Source: an uncultured Eubacteriales bacterium (GTDB lineage Bacteria; Bacillota; Clostridia; Christensenellales; Aristaeellaceae). Taken from it: a stretch of DNA of 55,916 nt. Each line of letters opens with the position of its first letter. Position 1 is the first letter of the stretch. Made by a program: the position numbers and the translations under genes. The notes below the pieces were generated by a model. That model was not told where the DNA came from. It made no database searches and was given only the letters and a program-made list of their open reading frames with translations. The DNA lies in NCBI GenBank assembly GCA_902778045.1, contig CACYWI010000003.1:1-55916 (forward strand). Direction: 5' to 3'. Shown here piece by piece: positions 1-9,072 of the stretch.

Positions 1-342
1 TGCAGCGAGGTGGGCATGTACCTGGCGATGAGCCGCGTGGCCTATCGCGAGGGCTATCCGGAGATCGGCGAGTACTGGAAGACCGCCGCGTTTGAAGAGG
101 CCGAGCACGCCGCGAAGTTCGCCGAGCTGCTGGGCGAGGTACTGACCGATTCCACCGAGAAGAACCTGAAGATGCGCGTGGAGGCTGAGAACGGCGCCAC
201 CGCCGGCAAGACCGACCTGGCCAAGCGCGCCAAGGCCCTGAACCTGGACGCCATCCACGACACCGTGCACGAGATGGCCCGCGACGAAGCCCGTCACGGC
301 AAGGCGTTTGCTGGACTGCTGAAGCGGTATTTCGGGAAGTAA
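1..342 (+). CDS. rubrerythrin/ferritin-like di-iron protein, C-terminal part (5' end lies outside the window)
   Basis: The frame is open from nt 1. Two E..EH-type helices ([21 protein letters not shown]) are typical of the rubrerythrin four-helix bundle. Stop TAA at 340-342. Confidence 0.7.
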   Translation, partial: CSEVGMYLAMSRVAYREGYPEIGEYWKTAAFEEAEHAAKFAELLGEVLTDSTEKNLKMRVEAENGATAGKTDLAKRAKALNLDAIHDTVHEMARDEARHGKAFAGLLKRYFGK

Positions 343-362
343 ATACATTCCATATCCATGTC

Positions 363-394
363 AACAGCGCGTTGCTTGCCGGCAGCGCGCTGTT
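363..394 (+). terminator. putative intrinsic terminator hairpin
   Basis: AACAGCGCG (363-371) and CGCGCTGTT (386-394) form a perfect 9-bp stem about 20 nt after the stop, followed by the T-rich stretch GTGCTATTCTATT. Confidence 0.4.
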
Positions 395-416
395 GTGCTA
401 TTCTATTCGCGAGGTG

Positions 417-866
417 ATGAATGTGGAAACCAAGGATATTATCGCGTCCCTGCGCAACAAAAAGGGCGTGTCCCAGGACGAGGTGGCCCAGGCGGTGTTC
501 GTCACGCGGCAGGCGGTGTCCCGTTGGGAAAACGGCGAGACCGTGCCCAACACCGATACGCTGAAGCTGCTGTCCGGCTACTTCGACGTGTCCATCAACA
601 CGCTGCTGGGCTCGCCGCGCAAGCTGTTCTGCCAGTGCTGCGGCATGCCGCTGGAGGACGAATCAACCAGCCGCGAACCGGACGGCAGCTTCAACGAGGA
701 ATACTGCAAGTGGTGCTATGTAAACGGGCGATTTGTCTACCCCACCTTGGATTCTCTGGTGGACTTCCTGGTGGAGCACTTCGGCCAGAACGCCGCCTCA
801 CCGGAGGAAGCGCGCCGCTACTTCACCGGTCAGCTGAGCGGGCTCAAGCACTGGAGGTCGGCCTGA
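417..866 (+). CDS. XRE-family helix-turn-helix regulator with C-terminal Cys-rich zinc-ribbon domain
   Basis: HTH_3-like segment (GVSQDEVAQAVFVTRQAVSRWENGETVPNTDTLKLLSGYFDVSINTLL) followed by CQCCG...CKWC. GAGGTG lies just upstream; the start could be ATG 417 or GTG 423. Confidence 0.75.
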   Translation: MNVETKDIIASLRNKKGVSQDEVAQAVFVTRQAVSRWENGETVPNTDTLKLLSGYFDVSINTLLGSPRKLFCQCCGMPLEDESTSREPDGSFNEEYCKWCYVNGRFVYPTLDSLVDFLVEHFGQNAASPEEARRYFTGQLSGLKHWRSA

Positions 867-876
867 TCCCGGGCCT

Positions 877-3390
877 TCACTTCACGGGCAGAATGAGCTC
901 CGCTTCGCCGACGCCTTCGGCCTTCACGCGCAGGCGGGCCTTCCCCGTGTCGCAGCCGGCGCGTAGAACCGCCAGCGCCCCGCCTCGATAGCTGACGCAC
1001 GCGCCCTTGGTGTAGTTGTCGTCGGTCACGGGATTGGCCGAGCCGAAGCCCAGCAGCGAAGCGTTGCCGGATATCTCAGCATTCAGCTGAACGCTGGCGT
1101 TCGGGTCGACGATGCCGCTTTCATCCGTCAGCTCTACCCGCACGTAGGCCAGCGCTTCGCCGTTCGCAGGAAGCGTTTCGCGCTCGGGAATGAGCCGAAC
1201 AGACCTTGCCTCTCCCGCCGTCCTGAGGGTCGCGCGGGAGATTTCCTTGCCGCCTGTAAAGCTGACAGCCTCCAGCGTGCCGGGCGCGTAAGTCGTGCGA
1301 AACAGGAAGGTCAGCGGCATGTTGTGCACATTTGCCGTTCCTGCCTTCTGCCTTGACAAAGGTTTACCGTTCAGGCGCAGCTCCACCTCGTCCGCCGCGC
1401 TGAAAACCAGCACGTCCACGGGCCGGTTCTCCTGGCCGCTCCAGCTCCAGCTGTCCCACACGCCGGGGAAGCCCCAGGGCGTCAGCACCTCGACCTTGCC
1501 GAAGTTGGCGGGGTCATAGCTGAACAGGCCGGTCTCCTGGCTGCCGAACACGATGCGGCGGTACACGCCCTGGGGCCGCACGCCGCCGGTAATGTCGATA
1601 TCCGCGTCGTTGGCGGTGCGCCACGGGAAGGGCGAGCCGCCCAGCCACGGACTCGCGCCGTCCTTCATCGCGGGATCGTCCGGCGCGTAGAATGTGGCCT
1701 TACCGATGCCGGCCTCGCCGATGTAGTCCCAGGCCGTCCATGTGAATTCGCCGATCACCCAGGGCGTGCGCTCGATCATCGGCCAGTGCGCGCCGACCTC
1801 CTTGGGATAGTTCTCGGAGCCGAGCATCACCCGCTCCGGGAACAGCTCGTGATCCTGGGCGTACTTGTCCTCGTAGTAATTGTAGCCCACCACGTCCAGG
1901 CCGTTGGCGAAGGCCTCGGTGTACTGCTCCCAGGTCAGGTCCCTCCGGCCGGCCATGTCCGCGTTCTGGACGTTGCCGCCGTCCGCCTCGCGCCACTTTC
2001 GCAGCTGATCGCGCATCATCACGTCGTCCAGGCCGTTCCAGAACGAGCAGATGCCGTTGGACACCGGGCGGCTGGGATCCAGCGCGCGGATGGATTCCGC
2101 CAGCCGGGTCGCCCATACATAGCCGTCTCCCAGGCCGGCGCGCTCGGTGATCTCGTTGCCGGTGGACCACAGTATCACGCTGGGATGGCAGCGGTCCCGC
2201 CGCACGAAGGCGGCAAGGTCACTCTGCCAGTCGCTCTCAAAGAACTGGTTGTAGTCGCCGGGCTGCTTGCCCATGCCCCAGGCGTCGAAGGCCTCGTCGA
2301 ACACATACATGCCCAGCCGGTCGCAGGCCTCGATCAGCGCCGCAGAGGGCGGGTTGTGGGTGGTGCGGATGGCGTTGAAGCCCACGGATTTCAGGATGCC
2401 CACCTTGCGGGCCTCCGCGTCGTACAGGCTCACAGCGCCGATGACGCCGTTGTCGTGGTGCAGGCAGCCGCCCTTCAGCTTGACGGTCTTCCCGTTGATC
2501 CTCAGGCCGTGCTTCACGTCCGCCTCCACGGTTCGGATACCGAACAGCACGCTCTCCTCGTCTGTCGTGGGCTGCTCTGCGGGGAGGATGCGGGTCCTGT
2601 AGGTGCCGGCGTCCGTCACCCGCGCCGAAAGGCGGTACAGGCTTGGCGCGTCGGCGCTCCACAGCTTCGGCGCGTCCACGGTCAGGGTCATATAGGCCGT
2701 GGCGAAAGAGAGCGGCGGCACCTGGACCAGCGTTGCGCTGGTCGCCACGATATCGCCGGTAGCGTCGTCGATCAGCACGAACGCCACCCTGGCGAGGCGG
2801 TTTTCGGCATGCGCGTTGCGCACGTCGGCGGACACCTTCAGGTAGGCGGCCTCCGGGGCGCCGTCCGGGCCATACTCGATCTTGTCCGTATAGCCGGCCA
2901 GTCCGCCGAAGGCGACGTGCAGCCGGGGCATGTGTACGAGCTCGATGCCCCGGAACAGGCCCGCGCCGGAATACCACCGGGAGTTGGGCTGCATGCTGGG
3001 GTTCACGGTGATCACGACGGTGTTGACCTCGCCGGGGTACACCAGCCGGGTGATGTCCGCCTCAAAGGGCGTGTAGCCGTAGTGGTGCAGCGCGGCCTTG
3101 GCGCCGTTGACCTCGATGGTGGCGTTCATCATCGCGCCGTCCAGCCGCAGTGCCACGCGCTCCCCCGCCCAATCCGCGGGGATCTCCAGCTGCTTTGAAT
3201 AGTGGGCCACGCCCGCGTTGAAATAGCCGCTGGCCTGCTTCGATGGCGCGTCGGCATACACGTCGCCTTCGATCATGTAATCGTGGGGCAGGTCCACGGT
3301 CCGCTCGTCCAGCTGTCCGTTCAGGCGCTTGATGGTATCCATGAGGCCGCACCCGAAGTGCCAGCCACGGTTGATGTCGATGCTACGCAT
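877..3390 (-). CDS. glycoside hydrolase family 2 (beta-galactosidase/beta-glucuronidase-like)
   Basis: 837 aa. GH2 hallmarks include NAIRTTHNPP and WSTGNE (acid/base Glu), with an N-terminal sugar-binding domain (INRGWHF). RBS GGGGGAA lies upstream. No signal peptide seen. Confidence 0.85.
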   Translation of the reverse strand: MRSIDINRGWHFGCGLMDTIKRLNGQLDERTVDLPHDYMIEGDVYADAPSKQASGYFNAGVAHYSKQLEIPADWAGERVALRLDGAMMNATIEVNGAKAALHHYGYTPFEADITRLVYPGEVNTVVITVNPSMQPNSRWYSGAGLFRGIELVHMPRLHVAFGGLAGYTDKIEYGPDGAPEAAYLKVSADVRNAHAENRLARVAFVLIDDATGDIVATSATLVQVPPLSFATAYMTLTVDAPKLWSADAPSLYRLSARVTDAGTYRTRILPAEQPTTDEESVLFGIRTVEADVKHGLRINGKTVKLKGGCLHHDNGVIGAVSLYDAEARKVGILKSVGFNAIRTTHNPPSAALIEACDRLGMYVFDEAFDAWGMGKQPGDYNQFFESDWQSDLAAFVRRDRCHPSVILWSTGNEITERAGLGDGYVWATRLAESIRALDPSRPVSNGICSFWNGLDDVMMRDQLRKWREADGGNVQNADMAGRRDLTWEQYTEAFANGLDVVGYNYYEDKYAQDHELFPERVMLGSENYPKEVGAHWPMIERTPWVIGEFTWTAWDYIGEAGIGKATFYAPDDPAMKDGASPWLGGSPFPWRTANDADIDITGGVRPQGVYRRIVFGSQETGLFSYDPANFGKVEVLTPWGFPGVWDSWSWSGQENRPVDVLVFSAADEVELRLNGKPLSRQKAGTANVHNMPLTFLFRTTYAPGTLEAVSFTGGKEISRATLRTAGEARSVRLIPERETLPANGEALAYVRVELTDESGIVDPNASVQLNAEISGNASLLGFGSANPVTDDNYTKGACVSYRGGALAVLRAGCDTGKARLRVKAEGVGEAELILPVK

Positions 3391-3443
3391 GGCGATTCCC
3401 CCGTTTTCAGTTGTGGATCAGGAATAGTTGTCGATACAAACAT

Positions 3444-3476
3444 AAACCCGGAATCGCAGATTTGCGTTCCGGGTTT
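3444..3476 (-). terminator. hairpin terminator directly after the tRNA-Ser pair
   Basis: Palindrome AAACCCGGAA.CGCA/TGCG.TTCCGGGTTT. On the minus strand it is followed by TTTATGTTTGT. Confidence 0.5.
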
Positions 3477-3568
3477 TGGCGGAGAAGGAGGGATTTGAAC
3501 CCTCGCGGCAGTTATCCCACCCTACTCCCTTAGCAGGGGAGCCCCTTCGGCCTCTTGGGTACTTCTCC
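3477..3568 (-). tRNA. tRNA-Ser (anticodon GCU)
   Basis: Cloverleaf folded by hand. Acceptor GGAGAAG/CTTCTCC plus G-CCA, anticodon stem CTCCC/GGGAG with loop CTGCTAA, long variable arm (GGTGG/CTGCC), T-arm GAGGG-TTCAAAT-CCCTC. Confidence 0.9.
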
Positions 3569-3580
3569 ACGATATGAAGT

Positions 3581-3669
3581 TGGCGGAGAGAGAGGGATTC
3601 GAACCCCCGGTGCCTTTCGGCATCACTGGTTTTCAAGACCAGCGCCTTAAACCACTCGGCCATCTCTCC
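3581..3669 (-). tRNA. tRNA-Ser (anticodon UGA)
   Basis: Acceptor GGAGAGA/TCTCTCC plus G-CCA, D-arm GCCGAGTGGTTTAAGGC, anticodon stem CTGGT/ACCAG with loop CTTGAAA, long variable arm, T-loop TTCGAAT. Confidence 0.9.
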
Positions 3670-3690
3670 TGAACCAAACCAGCGAAACAT

Positions 3691-3719
3691 ATTATAGCAG
3701 AAATTTCCCGCTCTGTCAA
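3691..3719 (-). promoter_or_regulatory. consensus sigma-A type promoter for the tRNA-Ser genes
   Basis: Minus strand reads TTGACA (3714-3719), a 17-nt spacer, then TATAAT (3691-3696), about 20 nt upstream of the tRNA 5' end. Confidence 0.6.
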
Positions 3720-3795
3720 CCTGTTTACATGATTTTTTATCATATCTGGGGAAGCGCCTGGAATGCGCTTCCCCAGATCGCGCGGACAAGCCCGC

Positions 3796-5577
3796 TTACA
3801 GCAGCTGCTTCAGCTCGTCCAGCGACTGTCTGAACACATCCAGCGCCTGGTCGATGGCCTCGGTGCGCGTCAGGTCGACGCCGGCCAGCTTCAGCTCCTC
3901 GATGGGATAGTCGCTGCCGCCGGTGGTCAGGAACTTCAGGTACTGCGCCGCGCCGTTCTTGTGCAGTATGTTCTCCGCGATGGCGACGGCGCTGGAAAAG
4001 CCCGTGGCGTACTGGTAGACATAGAAGGCCCGGTAGAAATGGGGTATGCGCGCCCATTCCACATCCGCGAACGCATCGATCACCACGCCTTCATAGTACA
4101 GCGCGTTCAGATCGTGGTATACGCCGTTCAGCAGCTGGGCCGTCAGCGGCGTGCCTCCCTGGTACAGCGCGTGGGCCTTGCGCTCGAATTCGGCAAACAG
4201 CGTCTGCCGGAACACGGTGGTGCGGAAGCCTTCCAGGAAGTGGTTCAGGATATAGGCCCTGCGCCTGGCGTCCGTCTCCACGCCCAGCAGATAGCGGGTC
4301 AGCAGCACTTCGTTCACAGTGGAGGCCACCTCCGCCACGAATATGCGGTATTCGTGGTTGGGATAATCCTGCTCCCGATCCGAGAAGTAGGAGTGCATGG
4401 CGTGCCCCAGCTCGTGGGCCAGCGTGAAGGCGTCGTCCAGCTTGTTCGTGTAGTTCAGCATCACATAGGGGTGCACGCCGTACACGCCGCTGGAAAAGGC
4501 GCCGGTGCTCTTGCCCTTGTTCTCGTACACGTCGATCCAGCGCTCCGTGAAGGCCCGGTCCAGCAGGGCGGCGTACTCCTCGCCCAGCGGCGCGAGCGCC
4601 CGCTTGACAAGTTCCTGCGCCTTCCCGTAGGGCATGTCAAAATCGACCTCCTCCACCATCGGCGCGTACAGGTCGTACAGATGCAGCTCGTCAAGGCCCA
4701 GCGCGCGCCGGCGCAGCTCCAGGTATTCCCGCATGGTGGGCAGCGCGGCGTGCACTGCTTCGATCAGGCCGTCGTACAGGCTGACGGGCACGTTGTTGCC
4801 GAACAGCGCCGCCTCGCACGCGCCTTCGTGATTGCGCGCCTGGGCGTGGAAGCAATTCAGCTTCACAGCGCCGCCGTACAGCCCGGACAGCGTGTTGATG
4901 TATTGGCCGTAGCAGTCAAAATAGGCCGTAAAGGCGTCCCGGCGGACCCGGGCGTCGCGGCTCTCCCGGAATACCGAGAAGGCGCCGTGGGACAGCTCGA
5001 CCTCCTTCCCCTGCTCGTCCATGATCCTGGGGAAGCGCATGTCCACGCTCTCGAACAGGTCGAAGGTGCTGCCGGGAACCTGATCCACGTCCCCCAGCAT
5101 CGCCAGCAGCCTTTCGCCCTGGGCGTCCAGCGTGTGGGGCTTGCCGCGCATGATGTCCTCCGCCATGTGGCGATAGGTTTTCAGCGCGTCGGATTCGAGC
5201 CATGCCTTCAGCGACTGCTCCGGTATGGACAGGATCTCGGGGTTCACGAAGGCCGTGGCCATCTCCAGCGACACGAACAGCCGCACAGCGCGGGCCTCCA
5301 TCTCCTGGCACCTGGGATCGCCGTTGTCGCCGGATTTCATCAGGAAGGCGTAGCTGTATACGCGCTCCACCTTCTCTGCGGCCGCATAGATCCGCCGCAG
5401 GCCGTCCGCCAGCGCCGCCCCGGATTTGGACAGCGTGCCGGGCAAATCCGCCAGCGCCTTGATCGCCTGCTCCGCCTTCGCGTAGTCCGCCTCCCAGGCC
5501 GCCTCACTTTCGTAAATGGGCGTCAGGTCCCACTGGTATTTGGGGTCCATTTCCTTTCTGAGCTTGACTTCCATCAT
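3796..5577 (-). CDS. pepF: oligoendopeptidase F (M3B metallopeptidase)
   Basis: 593 aa. Zinc motif HELGHAMH and overall PepF-like sequence. The start ATG overlaps the stop of the upstream kinase (ATGA). Confidence 0.9.
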   Translation of the reverse strand: MMEVKLRKEMDPKYQWDLTPIYESEAAWEADYAKAEQAIKALADLPGTLSKSGAALADGLRRIYAAAEKVERVYSYAFLMKSGDNGDPRCQEMEARAVRLFVSLEMATAFVNPEILSIPEQSLKAWLESDALKTYRHMAEDIMRGKPHTLDAQGERLLAMLGDVDQVPGSTFDLFESVDMRFPRIMDEQGKEVELSHGAFSVFRESRDARVRRDAFTAYFDCYGQYINTLSGLYGGAVKLNCFHAQARNHEGACEAALFGNNVPVSLYDGLIEAVHAALPTMREYLELRRRALGLDELHLYDLYAPMVEEVDFDMPYGKAQELVKRALAPLGEEYAALLDRAFTERWIDVYENKGKSTGAFSSGVYGVHPYVMLNYTNKLDDAFTLAHELGHAMHSYFSDREQDYPNHEYRIFVAEVASTVNEVLLTRYLLGVETDARRRAYILNHFLEGFRTTVFRQTLFAEFERKAHALYQGGTPLTAQLLNGVYHDLNALYYEGVVIDAFADVEWARIPHFYRAFYVYQYATGFSSAVAIAENILHKNGAAQYLKFLTTGGSDYPIEELKLAGVDLTRTEAIDQALDVFRQSLDELKQLL

Positions 5578-7400
5578 TCATTCCCCCTGTCTTTTTGTAG
5601 TGTAAACGTGAATTCCGCGCCCTGGCCGGGCTCGCTCTGCACGGTGATATCGCCGCCCATCAGCTGTGTGACCAGCTTGGCGATGGACAGGCCGAGGCCT
5701 GTTCCGGTGGTGCGCATGCGGGATTTGTCCGCCTTGTAAAAGCGCTCCCATATATAGGGCAGGTCCTTCGGCTCTATGCCGCAGCCGGTATCCCGCACGC
5801 CCACGGCCACATGGTCCGCCTCGTCCCTGGCGAATACCGTCACGCTGCCGCCCCTGGGCGTAAAGCTGAGGGCGTTGTCGATCAGTATGACCAGCACCTG
5901 GGTGATACGATCCTCGTTGCCCAGGCAAGACAGCGGCGAGCCGTCCGTCTCCACGCGCAGGTCCACGCCGGCATCGTCGGCGATGCCCTTCATGCTGCGC
6001 GCGGCGGCGTTCAGTATGCCGGGCAGCTCCATCGGCTCGAGCTCCACCTTGATCCTGCCGTCCTGCAGGCGGGACATATCCAGCATCTCGCCCACCAGCT
6101 TTTCAAGGCGAATGGTCTGCTTCAGTATGACCCTGTAGCTGTCCAGGCGCTCCTCCTCGGATTCCATGCAGCCGTCGATCAGCGGCTCCACCATACCCCG
6201 AATGCCGGTCAGCGGCGTGCGCAGCTCGTGGGAAATGTTGGCCACATAATCCCTGCGCAGCTGCTCCAGGCGCTGTGTTTCAGAGATATCCCGCATCAGC
6301 AGCACCGTGCCGAGGATGACCTCATTTTCATCCTTCAAGGCCGTGGCGTCCACGTGGATCACCCGGCGGGAGGCGTTTTCCCACTCGATACTCTCCGCCG
6401 CGCCGGTCTTCATGCACCGGGACAGCAGCGCCCTGAGCGGTTCATACAGTGTGCCGCTGGCTGCGCTGTCCAGCAGCTTTGCCGCGCTGTCCAGCTCCAC
6501 CAGCTCCAGCGACGCCGCGTTGGCGTGCGCGATGTTCCAGTGGCTGTCCACGGCGATCAGGCCCTCGCCGATGCCGTAGACCACCAGCTCCAGCTTGTCG
6601 CGCTCCTTGCGAAGGTTGCTGATGACGTCCATCAGCCTTCCAGACATGCTGTTCAGCGCGTGTCCCATCTCGCCGATCTCGTCCCTGGGCAGCTGGGAGA
6701 TGCGTTCGGCATACACGCCGTTTTCCATGCGCTGCGCCGCCCGGGTGATGCGCTTGATCGGGCGCACCAGCACGTGGGTCAGCTCCATGGCCAGGATCAC
6801 GGCCAGCAGCAGCGATATGCTCATCACGACGGTCAGTATGAAGCGGATCATACGGGAAAGCTCCCGCAGCGAAGAGACCGGCTGGGCCAGCACCACGCCG
6901 CCCAGCACATTGCCCTCGGCGTCCAGCACCGGCACGCCGGCAAACAGGATCTCATCATGGGCGAATTCGAAGCGCTGCTTGGCGGATACCCGTTCCCCCG
7001 CCAGCACACGCCGCGCAAATTCCCGGTCGATGGAATCCATCACCTCGACCCACTGGAAATCCCCGGCCTGGGCCGTGTCCTGCTCGGTATAGTAGCGGCT
7101 CATGCGGATGGTTTCGGAATCCGCGTCCAGGAAGAAGACCTTGGCGTCGGCAAGGTTCTCGTACATGCGCATGATGTGGCGCTTGGGCATGGCCTCACCC
7201 TTGGGCGCGGCCTTGGTGCTTTCGGCGATGTAATCGGCCTTTCGCATCAGCTCGTCCATGCGGGTTTCGCGCACATACTGCGAGGAAAGGGCATAACCAA
7301 GCACGCTGACCAGCGCCACAAGCACCACGCACAGCGTGACATGGCTGATCAGCGTCTTCGTGCCGATACTCAGCGAACGCTTGATCCGTTTCTTTGCCAT
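5574..7400 (-). CDS. sensor histidine kinase (TM-sensor-TM-HAMP-PAS-HisKA-HATPase)
   Basis: 608 aa. Two TM segments flank an extracytoplasmic domain of about 150 aa. H-box SHELRTPLTGI, N box IDNALSFT, G boxes DTGCGI and GTGLGLSI. Confidence 0.85.
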   Translation of the reverse strand: MAKKRIKRSLSIGTKTLISHVTLCVVLVALVSVLGYALSSQYVRETRMDELMRKADYIAESTKAAPKGEAMPKRHIMRMYENLADAKVFFLDADSETIRMSRYYTEQDTAQAGDFQWVEVMDSIDREFARRVLAGERVSAKQRFEFAHDEILFAGVPVLDAEGNVLGGVVLAQPVSSLRELSRMIRFILTVVMSISLLLAVILAMELTHVLVRPIKRITRAAQRMENGVYAERISQLPRDEIGEMGHALNSMSGRLMDVISNLRKERDKLELVVYGIGEGLIAVDSHWNIAHANAASLELVELDSAAKLLDSAASGTLYEPLRALLSRCMKTGAAESIEWENASRRVIHVDATALKDENEVILGTVLLMRDISETQRLEQLRRDYVANISHELRTPLTGIRGMVEPLIDGCMESEEERLDSYRVILKQTIRLEKLVGEMLDMSRLQDGRIKVELEPMELPGILNAAARSMKGIADDAGVDLRVETDGSPLSCLGNEDRITQVLVILIDNALSFTPRGGSVTVFARDEADHVAVGVRDTGCGIEPKDLPYIWERFYKADKSRMRTTGTGLGLSIAKLVTQLMGGDITVQSEPGQGAEFTFTLQKDRGNE

Positions 7401-7403
7401 GTA

Positions 7404-8120
7404 TTATCCCTGTCTGGCATCCTCCACTTCAAAGCGATAGCCGATGCCCCATACCGTTTTGATATCCCAGTTGTTGCCCTCGTTGCACAGCTTTGCGCGA
7501 ATGCGCTTGATGTGGCTGTCCACCGCGCGGGTATCCCCCAGGAAATCGTAGCCCCAGATGCTCTGCAGCAGGTGCTCCCGGCTGAACACCATGCCGGGAT
7601 TGCTGGCCAGCGTCCAAAGGATCTCGGTCTCCTTGGGGGTGCACTGCACCGGCTGGCCGTTCAGCTTCACGGTAAAGGCGTTCATGTCGATATCCAGGTT
7701 GCCCATCACCAGGTGGGCGGATTTATCCTCGGTATTCAGCTCGTGCATGCGGCGCAGCACGGCCTTTACCCGGGCCAGCACCTCCCTGGGGCTGAAGGGC
7801 TTGGTGATATAGTCGTCCGCGCCCATCTCCAGGCCCAGCAGCTTGTCGAACTCCTCGCCCTTGGCGGTGAGCATGATGATGGGGATGCTGGAATCCTTCC
7901 GCACCTCGCGGCACACCATCAGGCCGTCCATGCCGGGCATCATGATGTCGAGGATCGCAATGTCGGGGCGCAGACGCTTGACCTGCTCCAGGGCCTGGTT
8001 GCCATCGTAGGCGGATATCATCTGATAGCCCTCCCGCCTGAAGTAGGCGTTCAGGGATTGATGGACGTTCGGATCGTCGTCCGCGACCAATATCCTGTAG
8101 CCGCTGCGATTCTCTTCCAT
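7404..8120 (-). CDS. OmpR-family response regulator
   Basis: Receiver domain (ILVADDD..., ILDIMMPGMDG, MLTAKG) plus winged-helix domain (VWGIGYRF). ATG at 8118-8120 is preceded by AAGGAGG. The 305-aa track ORF is an upstream over-extension. Confidence 0.9.
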   Translation of the reverse strand: MEENRSGYRILVADDDPNVHQSLNAYFRREGYQMISAYDGNQALEQVKRLRPDIAILDIMMPGMDGLMVCREVRKDSSIPIIMLTAKGEEFDKLLGLEMGADDYITKPFSPREVLARVKAVLRRMHELNTEDKSAHLVMGNLDIDMNAFTVKLNGQPVQCTPKETEILWTLASNPGMVFSREHLLQSIWGYDFLGDTRAVDSHIKRIRAKLCNEGNNWDIKTVWGIGYRFEVEDARQG

Positions 8121-8397
8121 TGAATCAACCTCCTTATGGGTCTCTCCCAAGGCAAATCTACCAGAAATATTTGTCAAAACTGTGTCTAAGACGTCGACAA
8201 GTGAATAAAGTTGGTCATATCTGCCATGGCGTGTGCATATCATTATCCCGTCAACGGGTTGATTCTGCATCATTGCAACCATTATAGCATGCCCGGGCCG
8301 AACGCGCAACGCGTTTGGCACGACAATATTTGCCGCGCAAGCCCCGGCCCCCGCCTGAGAATAATAGCCGGTGCCGGATCACAGAGAAGCGGAGGCG

Positions 8398-8994
8398 ATG
8401 GCCGTGCGAAAGCTGCGCGCGTTGGTGGGCATGCCGGTGCTTTGCGGCAGCCGCAGGATCGGGCGCGTCCTTCAGGCGCAGCTGACTAACGACCTGAAGC
8501 AGCTGGAGGGCATATGGATCGGCGGCGGGTTGCGGGGCACGCGCCACATCCCTGCCGAATCGCTGCAGATGCTCGGCTCGGTGGCCATACTGGCGGACGA
8601 CGCGGGCAAACGCGGGCACATGCGACCGGCGCCGCTGCTGATGCGGGCGGTGTCCACGGACGGCAGGCGGATCGGCGCGATCACCGGCGCGCAGATCGAC
8701 GAGCTCAGCTTCGCGGTGACGTCGCTGGAGCTTTCCATGGGGCTGTGGGACGACCTTCTGCGCGGACGCGAGCGCGTCTACGGCTTCTCTGTGAACCGCG
8801 ACAGCGACGAGGTGGTCATCCGAACCGCCACGACAGGAAGGGAGGGCGAAGACGGTGAAGAGCGGATTGATGAAGGGACTGGTCGCGGGCATGCTGATCG
8901 GCGGGTCGGCGGCGACGATCTTCGGGGTCATGAACTGGCAGACGGAGAAAAAGTGGAACCAGCAGGCCAAAAAGACGGGCAGCTGGATCTCTGA
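8398..8994 (+). CDS. PRC-barrel domain protein (YlmC/YmxH-like, two barrel repeats)
   Basis: Repeats of the type L.G.PV......IG.V (LVGMPVLCGSRRIGRVLQAQL; MRAVSTDGRRIGAITGAQI). The C-terminal ~45 codons overlap another plausible ORF and look like out-of-frame sequence. Confidence 0.55.
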   Translation: MAVRKLRALVGMPVLCGSRRIGRVLQAQLTNDLKQLEGIWIGGGLRGTRHIPAESLQMLGSVAILADDAGKRGHMRPAPLLMRAVSTDGRRIGAITGAQIDELSFAVTSLELSMGLWDDLLRGRERVYGFSVNRDSDEVVIRTATTGREGEDGEERIDEGTGRGHADRRVGGDDLRGHELADGEKVEPAGQKDGQLDL

Positions 8995-9025
8995 CCGGGC
9001 CGAAGGCATCGTGAAAAAGCTTTGA
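8855..9025 (+). CDS. small YtxH-like membrane protein (56 aa, not in the ORF track)
   Basis: GTG 8855 is preceded by GGAAGGGAGGG (8837-8847). It encodes VKSGLMKGLVAGMLIGGSAATIFGVMNWQTEKKWNQQAKKTGSWISDRAEGIVKKL, a Gly-rich TM helix plus an amphipathic tail. Confidence 0.45.
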   Translation: MKSGLMKGLVAGMLIGGSAATIFGVMNWQTEKKWNQQAKKTGSWISDRAEGIVKKL

Positions 9026-9072
9026 GCCCGACGCGTCGGAGCCGGCTCCGGCGCGATTACATCAAGGGAGGG

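Noticed and set aside
3763-8123. Long plus-strand ORFs (3763-5739, 658 aa; 5811-8123, 770 aa) opposite pepF, the kinase and the regulator
   Set aside because: These are antisense artefacts of stop-codon-poor GC-rich DNA. The minus-strand genes have clear catalytic motifs and RBSs.
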